Origin: an uncultured virus (IMG/VR IMGVR_UViG_2775507075_000002)
Taxonomy: Duplodnaviria > Heunggongvirae > Uroviricota > Caudoviricetes
Length of the DNA stretch: 20,000 nt
Virus record (IMG/VR): IMGVR_UViG_2775507075_000002
Strand: one strand, 5' to 3'
Within the stretch, counting starts at the first letter, position 1. The number at the start of each line of letters is the position of its first letter. Both the position numbers and the translations under genes were made by a program. The notes beneath the pieces are model-generated. The model searched no databases. It had not been told where the DNA came from and saw nothing but the letters and a program-made list of their open reading frames with translations. Shown here piece after piece: positions 12,994 through 20,000 of the stretch.

Positions 12994-15900
12994 ATGGAAT
13001 ATTTTTATCTGATAAAAGCGACTCAAAAATCGGGTAAAGCTGATGCCGTAATCTGGCGCACTAATAAATCAGAAGCTCGCGCCCTTCTGCAGCTGGACGT
13101 CGATCTGGAAGACGCTGGGATCGAAACAGGCCGCGGCAAAGAATATCAAAAACCAATTCGCACCGATTTCCCGGTATTCAATGACCTTCCGGCGGAAGGT
13201 GTTCTCGATTACTCATGGTGCGAACGCTACCAGCTCGGCGATGATGGTCGCACCTGGGCTCTGAAGCCAGGTCAGGTGCCTGCGGATCATCACATCGATG
13301 ATGCCGGAGTAACCTCTGAGGCCGTTACTGGCGAGCTGGTTGATGCCAATACCACTATCGACGCGGTACAAGATGAGACCGTGGAAACTTTCGGTAGTGA
13401 TGAATACCAGGACGATTCCAGCGCGCTTTTTAACGTGGCCGAACTCCCCTTTCGCGCGCAGCTGCTTGCGCAGTACATGGCCGAAGAACGTCACGTTTAT
13501 CATATCAGCATGCCTCACCGGCAGGAGCTGTCAGCTCTTGAAATGGACACTGATAACGCAGCCGTCCAGGATCTGATTCTGGCCGCCGAGAATGTCCCTG
13601 AAATCAAAAAATACGATATGCCGGCGCTCTGGAAATTCACCAGCGCCAATAAAAAAGTCTTCCCGGAAGGGAAACGGCATGAGCTCGGTAAGCGTATCCA
13701 GTTTGCTAAGCTGTGGTTCGCCACGAACGCGATCGACCGCGGCATTCTCACCAGGGAATGGGCTGCCGGTAACTGCATTTCTTCGGTTTTGAAAACCGAT
13801 GCAGGTACGAATGCTGGCGGCGGTAATAAAACCGATCGCAACCCTGACTACACCCATACCCTTGATACGCTCGATGTAGAAATAGCCCTGGCCACAATGC
13901 CAATGGATTTCGATATCTACAATTTCCCGGCATCAATTCACCGCCGGGCCAAAGAGATCGTCCAGAAGAAAGAAAGTCCGTTCAAGGAATGGTCTGCAGC
14001 GCTGCGCAAGGTCGCAGGCATCCTGGATTATTCCCGCGCAGCGATTTTTGCCCTTATTCGTGGCGCCACCAGCGATATTCACCATTTCCCGGTAAGTCTG
14101 CAGACCTATATCAATGCGAACCTGACCGAGCATAAACATGACGCCCCTTCTGCTGAGACGCTTGAAAAAGCTGGTCATGTTTCATCTGCCGCCGTCACTC
14201 TGGACGCTGTGAAAAAGGCTATCGATGGAGATGAAGGTGTGCCTGACCTGGAAGCTCTCCCAACTGACTTTCAGGTAATTGGCAGCGAACTGGTGAAAGA
14301 AGCTCAAAAGAAACGTCCTGACGCTAATCAGGTTCTGGCCTCCGAACGTGGTGAATATGTCGAAGGCATCAGTGACCCCACGGATCCGAAGTGGATAACA
14401 GAAGACCTGACCAAACCCAAACAGCCTGAAGTTTCAAACATGGGCAATGGTGTTTTTTCGATTGATGGTCTGATGGATAGCCAGCCAGCACCAGCACCAG
14501 CACCAGCACTTTCTATCGTGGACCAGGCGCGCCAGCGCGCTGCAGAAGAAAAATTACATCCAGCTAATTCCGGGGGAACCACCAGCGATGTGCAGATGGA
14601 AACGGCTCAGCCGGTCGAAGACGAAAATGATAATGCGGTATCAGCAGGCGAAGGTGCTGATGAGCCTCCTGCGCAAACAATTGCCGTGAACATGAGCAAA
14701 ATACTGGCTGAACGCTGCCCGGATCTTACCGCCGAAGTGCTGAAAAGCCAGGTTTCAGAGAGTGCTCATAGCGATGAAGAGGAAGAGGCTGAACAAGCAG
14801 CGCCAGCATGGCCGGAGTATTTCGAGCCTGGTCGATATGAAGGCGTGCCAAATGAGGTCTACCACGCCGCTAACGGCATCAGCTCAACGATGGTTAAAGA
14901 TGCCCGGGTATCGCTGATGTATTTCGAGGCGCGCCACGTATCCAAAACCATCCAGAAGGTGCGCTCTCCTGTTCTGGATATGGGCAATCTGGTGCATGCA
15001 CTGGCGCTGCAACCTGATCAACTGGAAAAAGAATTCAGTATCGAGCCGGAAATCCCGGAAGGCGCCTTCACCACGACTGCGACGATCCGCGCGTTTATCG
15101 ACGAATACAACAATGGGCTTCCGCCGCTGTTGAATGCTGACGACATCAAGGCGCTGCTGGAGGCGCACAACGCCAGCCTGATCGCCCCCCTCAGCACCGA
15201 TGAGATCAAAGCACTCATTGAAGAACACAACGCTAGTCTGCCAGCGCAGACCGCTCTGGGGAACGATATCAACGAAACAGGACAGAGCTACATGTCTCTG
15301 CCAGTTAATTTCCAGCGCATTGAAGAAGGCCAGAAACAGACCGCGGCTGCAATGAAAGCCTGTATCAAGGAATTCAACGCCACCCTGCCGCCACAGCTCA
15401 AAACCAGTGGCAGCCGGGAAGCGCTGATGGAAACTCTGGCAATCATCAATCCGGATCTGGTTGCTCAGGAAATGCAGAAGCCCTCACCAGTTAAAACCAG
15501 CGGCAGCCGCGATGCCTTACTGGAACAGCTGGCAATCATTAACCCTGACATGGTTGCTCAGGAAGCGCAGAAGGCGCAGCCGCTGAAAGTATCAGGTACT
15601 AAGGCGGATCTGATTCAGGCCGTGAAATCGGTTAAGCCGGATGCCGTATTTGCCGATGAGCTGCTGGATGCATGGCGCGAGAACCCGGAAGGAAAAGTGC
15701 TGGTTACCCGCCAGCAGCTGGCTACGGCACTGGCCATTCAGAAAGCACTGTTGAATCACCCGACCGCTGGCAAGTTGTTGACGCACCCGAGCCGTGCCGT
15801 CGAGGTGAGCTATTTCGGCATTGATGAGGAAACCGGGCTGGAAGTTCGCGTGCGCCCTGACCTTGAGATAGACATGGGCGGCCTGCGCATTGGTGCGGAC

Positions 15901-16254
15901 CTGAAAACCATCAGTATGTGGAACATTAAGCAGGAAGGCCTGCGCGCGAAGCTGCACCGGGAAATCATCGAGCGCGATTACCACCTGAGCGCGGCTATGT
16001 ACTGCGAAACCGCAGCCCTTGACCAGTTCTTCTGGATATTCGTCAACAAAGACGAGAACTACCACTGGATCGCCATCATCGAGGCATCCGAAGAACTGCT
16101 GGAACTCGGCATGCTGGAATATCGCAAAGCAATGCGTGCCATCGCGAACGGTTTCGACACTGGCGAATGGCCGGCGCCGATTACCGAAGACTACACCGAA
16201 GAACTTAACGATTTTGATATGCGCCGTCTCGAAGCGCTGCGCGTACAGGCATAA
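12994..16254 (+). CDS. recE: RecE/exonuclease VIII family 5'-3' exonuclease, 1086 aa
   Basis: C-terminal PD-(D/E)xK domain (YHAANGISST, EVS, RVRPD, DLKT, YHLSAAMY); long N-terminal extension; GAGG RBS before ATG 12994. Confidence 0.92.
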   Translation: MEYFYLIKATQKSGKADAVIWRTNKSEARALLQLDVDLEDAGIETGRGKEYQKPIRTDFPVFNDLPAEGVLDYSWCERYQLGDDGRTWALKPGQVPADHHIDDAGVTSEAVTGELVDANTTIDAVQDETVETFGSDEYQDDSSALFNVAELPFRAQLLAQYMAEERHVYHISMPHRQELSALEMDTDNAAVQDLILAAENVPEIKKYDMPALWKFTSANKKVFPEGKRHELGKRIQFAKLWFATNAIDRGILTREWAAGNCISSVLKTDAGTNAGGGNKTDRNPDYTHTLDTLDVEIALATMPMDFDIYNFPASIHRRAKEIVQKKESPFKEWSAALRKVAGILDYSRAAIFALIRGATSDIHHFPVSLQTYINANLTEHKHDAPSAETLEKAGHVSSAAVTLDAVKKAIDGDEGVPDLEALPTDFQVIGSELVKEAQKKRPDANQVLASERGEYVEGISDPTDPKWITEDLTKPKQPEVSNMGNGVFSIDGLMDSQPAPAPAPALSIVDQARQRAAEEKLHPANSGGTTSDVQMETAQPVEDENDNAVSAGEGADEPPAQTIAVNMSKILAERCPDLTAEVLKSQVSESAHSDEEEEAEQAAPAWPEYFEPGRYEGVPNEVYHAANGISSTMVKDARVSLMYFEARHVSKTIQKVRSPVLDMGNLVHALALQPDQLEKEFSIEPEIPEGAFTTTATIRAFIDEYNNGLPPLLNADDIKALLEAHNASLIAPLSTDEIKALIEEHNASLPAQTALGNDINETGQSYMSLPVNFQRIEEGQKQTAAAMKACIKEFNATLPPQLKTSGSREALMETLAIINPDLVAQEMQKPSPVKTSGSRDALLEQLAIINPDMVAQEAQKAQPLKVSGTKADLIQAVKSVKPDAVFADELLDAWRENPEGKVLVTRQQLATALAIQKALLNHPTAGKLLTHPSRAVEVSYFGIDEETGLEVRVRPDLEIDMGGLRIGADLKTISMWNIKQEGLRAKLHREIIERDYHLSAAMYCETAALDQFFWIFVNKDENYHWIAIIEASEELLELGMLEYRKAMRAIANGFDTGEWPAPITEDYTEELNDFDMRRLEALRVQA
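14485..14508. repeat. (CCAGCA)4 in-frame microsatellite encoding PAPAPAPA
   Basis: Read directly from the sequence. Confidence 0.9.
15400..15573. repeat. Diverged tandem duplication with 93-bp period inside recE
   Basis: KTSGSREALMETLAIINPDLVAQEMQK / KTSGSRDALLEQLAIINPDMVAQEAQK. Confidence 0.9.
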
Positions 16255-16266
16255 GGGGGAATAACA

Positions 16267-17355
16267 ATGTCCAATTTAGTCGCAACTACTGAAAACCAGA
16301 CCCAGAAGATCGACAACGTTTCTATCCTGACGAACGGTGAATTGTTCAACCGCCTGCGCACGCTCTCGGAAGTAATGGCCAATAGTGGAAACTTCGTGCC
16401 TGAGCATTATCGCGGGAAACCAGATGTGTGCATGGCTGTAGTGATGCAGGCAGCGCGTTGGGGTATGGATCCGTTTGCAGTGGCACAGAAAACCTTCATC
16501 GTGGGTAACTCAGGTGTGCTTGGCTATGAGGCACAGCTGGTGAATGCGGTAATTAACACCATGGCTCCAACCAAAGACCGGATCCATTTTGAATGGTTTG
16601 GTGCATGGGAAAATATCGTTGGCCGCTTCATTAAAAAAACCAGCGGCAAAGGTAACGACTACATCGCGCCGGGCTGGGATTTGCAAGATGAAGCTGGCGT
16701 GGGCGTCCGCGCCTGGGCAACGCTCAAAGGAGAATCAGAACCTCGCGAGCTTGTGCTGATGCTTTCGCAGGCACAAGTCCGCAACTCTACACTGTGGGCG
16801 AGCGACCCCCGTCAGCAACTGGCCTATCTCGCCGTTAAACGTTGGGCGCGACTGTACTGCCCGGATGTGATCCTCGGGGTCTATACCGCCGATGAAATTG
16901 ACGAACGCGAAGAAAGGGTTATCAACCCGGCGCAGACAGAAAAGGTCACGCTGAATGAAATAACACACTCCGTTGGCGATTCCACCAACACGCAAGAGCC
17001 TGCATCTAACGTTGACTCTGTTGCTCACGAACTCCGAGAGCGGATTGATACAGCTGACTCAGTGGACCAGGCCAAAGCCATTCGTGTAGACATCGAATCA
17101 CAGAAAGCTCTGCTGGGTACTGCTTTGTATACCGAACTGAAGAGTAAGGCGGTGAAACGCTACTACCTTGTTGATGCGAAGAACAAAGTTGAGGCCGCCA
17201 TAAATTCACTTCCTAACCCGGGGGATCCGGAAGCCGAAGCGTTATTCGCGAAGGCAGAAAGCACCCTGACCTCATCGCGCCGCCACCTCGGTGATGAACT
17301 GTATGACCAGTTCCGCATCACCCTGGACGACATGAAACCGGAATACGTGGGCTAA
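16267..17355 (+). CDS. recT: RecT-family single-strand annealing protein
   Basis: VPEHYRGKP, MQAARWGMDPFAVAQKT and WARLYCPDVILGVYT motifs; follows recE. Confidence 0.88.
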   Translation: MSNLVATTENQTQKIDNVSILTNGELFNRLRTLSEVMANSGNFVPEHYRGKPDVCMAVVMQAARWGMDPFAVAQKTFIVGNSGVLGYEAQLVNAVINTMAPTKDRIHFEWFGAWENIVGRFIKKTSGKGNDYIAPGWDLQDEAGVGVRAWATLKGESEPRELVLMLSQAQVRNSTLWASDPRQQLAYLAVKRWARLYCPDVILGVYTADEIDEREERVINPAQTEKVTLNEITHSVGDSTNTQEPASNVDSVAHELRERIDTADSVDQAKAIRVDIESQKALLGTALYTELKSKAVKRYYLVDAKNKVEAAINSLPNPGDPEAEALFAKAESTLTSSRRHLGDELYDQFRITLDDMKPEYVG

Positions 17356-17389
17356 GGGAGGCGGGAGGGTTCACCCTCCCGGTAACGAT

Positions 17390-18040
17390 ATGACGAAAAT
17401 TACTGAACGCGGAATGATTTTTAACGCTGAGATGGTGCGGGCGCTGCTGAGCGGCAGGAAAACGCAGACCCGGCGAATCATCAAGCCGCAGCCAGAGGCA
17501 ACATTAAGCGGAAGTTTATCCGGTAAGTGGTTAAGCAGACCTCTTAACGGACTGTTGTTGCCGAAAATTGAAGATATCGCAATCCATTGTCCGTTCGGTG
17601 TCGTCGGTGATCGCATCTGGGTGCGAGAGACGTTTCAGGGGCCACTGTTCGACTACGACCTAATGGATAGCTATTGCAAAGACCCCACTCCGTTTGAGAA
17701 GCCCAAATTCTGCGTTTATAAGGCTGATGGAGTGCCAGCGCCAGAGTTTTACGATGCAGATGATGAACTGCATTGCTGCTGGCGACCATCTATCCACATG
17801 CCGCGCTGGGCCAGCCGCATTCTTCTGGAAATCACCAACGTGCGGGTTGAACGACTGAAGAGCATCAGTGACGGCGATGCGATACGCGAAGGGTGCAGTA
17901 CCGCCGACATGAAGAGTGGCGACTGTGTAGCTGATGTGTTCGCGCGCCTGTGGGCGTCAATCTACGGCGACGAATCCTGGAATTCCAATCCGTGGGTTTG
18001 GGTTATTGAGTTCAAACGAATTGAGGAGCTGACAGCATGA
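17390..18040 (+). CDS. ASCH/PUA-like phage protein
   Basis: MVRALLSGRKTQTRR, GDRIWVRETF, WRPSIHMPR, AIREG and NPWVWVIEF motifs. Confidence 0.8.
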   Translation: MTKITERGMIFNAEMVRALLSGRKTQTRRIIKPQPEATLSGSLSGKWLSRPLNGLLLPKIEDIAIHCPFGVVGDRIWVRETFQGPLFDYDLMDSYCKDPTPFEKPKFCVYKADGVPAPEFYDADDELHCCWRPSIHMPRWASRILLEITNVRVERLKSISDGDAIREGCSTADMKSGDCVADVFARLWASIYGDESWNSNPWVWVIEFKRIEELTA

Positions 18041-18345
18041 GTCTTAAACATCGATTACCTGAGCTGGAAGCCAGCATCGACCCGGCAGCATTGCGTGCAG
18101 CCGCCGACGAATATTCGGATCTGCTTCTGACTTTGTGCTTATGCATGAAGATGGCCGGCCCCACCCGGGCGAACGTGCGCGCCTGCGCCAGCGAGCTTAA
18201 AAAACGCCTGACAACCTGGCACAGCCATAAAGAGCTCAATGCAATTCTGTCCAGTTGGGATCCCGTTGGCTATGTTCTCGGCCTCCGCCGTGAAGCGAAC
18301 GACAACGCGCGCGCAGCTGGCGATCCGGTTGATGTCTTTGTATGA
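18037..18345 (+). CDS. Phage hypothetical protein, 102 aa
   Basis: GAGGAG RBS; ATGA overlap. Confidence 0.78.
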   Translation: MSLKHRLPELEASIDPAALRAAADEYSDLLLTLCLCMKMAGPTRANVRACASELKKRLTTWHSHKELNAILSSWDPVGYVLGLRREANDNARAAGDPVDVFV

Positions 18346-18352
18346 GGTGAAT

Positions 18353-18592
18353 ATGCGACTGATTAACCGAAGCAAACAATCACCACTGGGCCGCCAGGCG
18401 TGCGATGCGGCACTGGCAAAACACGTTGAGCTTTATGGAGCCTACGGGCGACAGAAAACGAAAAGAACTTATACGGTGGTGGTTCAAGGCTCAAAGATCA
18501 CTGTAGAAGTTGTTAACAGAAAAAGTAGCTATGTGGCCACAGCCATGAGCTGCGCGCGCCGGCTACACCATCTGCCTGGACAATGTAACTAA
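18353..18592 (+). CDS. DUF4060-like protein
   Basis: GAGGTG RBS; AALAKHVELYG...VEVVNRKSSYVATAM pattern. Confidence 0.75.
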   Translation: MRLINRSKQSPLGRQACDAALAKHVELYGAYGRQKTKRTYTVVVQGSKITVEVVNRKSSYVATAMSCARRLHHLPGQCN

Positions 18593-18601
18593 GGGGTTTT
18601 T

Positions 18602-18916
18602 ATGACTAATACATCTCATAAATCAGATGAAATTTTGATAACCGATGACGTTCTGTCCAGATACAAAATATCGCGCAGCACACTCTATTTCTGGAGCACT
18701 CCATCCCGGATGCCCTCTTACTTTGCTCAGCCATTCCCGCAGCCTAAAATAAATGGCAGCCCTAAAAGGTGGAGACTTTCAGACCTGCTGGCCTGGGAAG
18801 ATAACGTGGGGATCAAACCAGAGGCTGACCAACCAGCTTCTCAATGTGATCCTGCCAAACAGCAAGCCAGTGACGCTGATCATCCAGATAATCATGCAGG
18901 TTATAACGTGCCATAA
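18602..18916 (+). CDS. xis: Excisionase / AlpA-like recombination directionality factor
   Basis: DVLSRYKISRSTLYFW...FPQP...RWRLSDLLAW winged HTH; adjacent to the integrase. Confidence 0.85.
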   Translation: MTNTSHKSDEILITDDVLSRYKISRSTLYFWSTPSRMPSYFAQPFPQPKINGSPKRWRLSDLLAWEDNVGIKPEADQPASQCDPAKQQASDADHPDNHAGYNVP

Positions 18917-20000
18917 CACCTGCCATATGATGGCCAAGCAGTTTTTCCACAACATGTGGCGGCGCACCTAATTCAGAAAGGCGTGTCGCCACTGTTCTTC
19001 TGAGGTCATGGAGAGACCAGGGCTTCATGCCTGTTTTAGCTATAATCTGAGCAGAAAACAGAGCGACGTTTGGTTGTAGTGGCGGTCTGTCATCTTCTGG
19101 CCCTCTGTAGCGTGACAGTGTCACAACGTGTTTTGAAACTGACGTTTCCTTCTCTGCTAACATCATTCTTACTACTGCCTCGGGAAGTGCCCTTCTGACC
19201 GATTTCCCGGTTTTATAATCGCTTGCCGGAATGGTCCACGTTTGCTCATGGAAATCGAACCACTCCCATCTTGCTGTCCTGATCTCCGTACTCCGGCAGC
19301 CAGTCATGATGAGAAACTTCATTATCAGCTGTTGTCTGTACTTCAATTCAGGAAGGATGTTCCAAACTGTTTTGATTTCCTCATCACTCAATCTGCGATC
19401 TTTTACGGATGCTGTGAGACCTACGTCAGAGCGCCTAAGGCTCTCAATTGGGTTCACATTAATTACCCCTCGATTGGAGCAAAAACGGAACGTACGCTGC
19501 ATCAGCCCAAGCATCTGACCAGTGACAACTCTTCGCCCCATGCCATCAAAAAGGTTAAGCCAGTGCGCTTTAGTGGTCTGATCAACAATCATATTCCCCA
19601 GGACAGGCGCTATATGGTTATTGAAGTCCCGCCGGTTAACCTTGATTTTCACAAGACCTTCAGGGATGCAGTAATACTTTTCCCAGTAATCGAAAGCCTC
19701 TTTGACGGTGAGCGCTTCGACTTTTTTCTGTTTCTCCAGAACTGTTTGCCGTCTCGGATCTAGTCCTTCTGTCAACCAGGCCCTGAACTGCTGTCTACGT
19801 TCGCGAGCTTGAGATAAGGAGGTGGTGGGATAATCGCCAATCGTTAGCTGAGCGGCTTTCCCGTTCCATCTGTAGCGGTAAAAGAATGTTATACTGCCGG
19901 AAGTAGACAACCGGACATTCAGACCATGAGCGTCCGATATGACCTCGATCTGGTCTCTCTTTTTGCCAAGAGCTTTTCTTAATTTTGTGTCGGTAAGCAA
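18813..20000 (-). CDS. int: Tyrosine integrase with N-terminal arm-binding domain
   Basis: TGCRSTEI, HDLRRT, LLGH and ARYN catalytic residues; LTDTKLR...GLNVR...YRYRW arm-binding domain; TTG start exactly at the window edge. Confidence 0.96.
   Translation of the reverse strand: MLTDTKLRKALGKKRDQIEVISDAHGLNVRLSTSGSITFFYRYRWNGKAAQLTIGDYPTTSLSQARERRQQFRAWLTEGLDPRRQTVLEKQKKVEALTVKEAFDYWEKYYCIPEGLVKIKVNRRDFNNHIAPVLGNMIVDQTTKAHWLNLFDGMGRRVVTGQMLGLMQRTFRFCSNRGVINVNPIESLRRSDVGLTASVKDRRLSDEEIKTVWNILPELKYRQQLIMKFLIMTGCRSTEIRTARWEWFDFHEQTWTIPASDYKTGKSVRRALPEAVVRMMLAEKETSVSKHVVTLSRYRGPEDDRPPLQPNVALFSAQIIAKTGMKPWSLHDLRRTVATRLSELGAPPHVVEKLLGHHMAGVMARYNLHDYLDDQRHWLAVWQDHIEKLVGQPLV

Larger units (their letters stand above)
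1..20000. mobile_element. Lambdoid (Gifsy/Rac-like) prophage, integrase-to-lysis half
   Basis: Canonical gene order int-xis-recT-recE-cI/cro-cII-replication-nin-Q-pR'-tRNA. No att site is visible; it is expected beyond position 20000. Confidence 0.97.

Noticed and set aside
17362..17381. Hairpin CGGGAGGG-TTCA-CCCTCCCG after recT as a terminator
   Set aside because: No U tract on either strand; function cannot be assigned

Overview
The window is the early/regulatory half of an enterobacterial lambdoid prophage with Gifsy/Rac-like organisation; a Klebsiella-type host is my inference from gene content. Right to left it holds: a tyrosine integrase starting at the window edge and convergent with an excisionase; the pL operon on the + strand (small peptides, DUF1482, YdaE, RecE-type exonuclease, RecT, ASCH-like protein); an immunity region with a short repressor lacking a peptidase domain, Cro and a YdaT/CII-like protein; and the pR operon on the - strand (ParB-like protein, replication initiator with iterons, DnaC-like loader, C5 cytosine methyltransferase, a signal-peptide + TonB C-terminal cargo gene, LexA-controlled dinI plus a candidate antirepressor, nin-type genes, RusA, lambda-family Q). 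The left end holds pR'/tR', tRNA-Thr(UGU), a convergent overlapping gene pair and an RNA-rich leader ending at a probable holin start just outside the window. The most unusual signal is at 161-475: two convergent small RNAs, each with its own apparent sigma70 promoter and terminator. One is a pseudoknotted ~115-nt fold, and the hairpin loop of the other is complementary over 11 nt to its unpaired linker. Family names come from my recognition of motifs, not from database searches.
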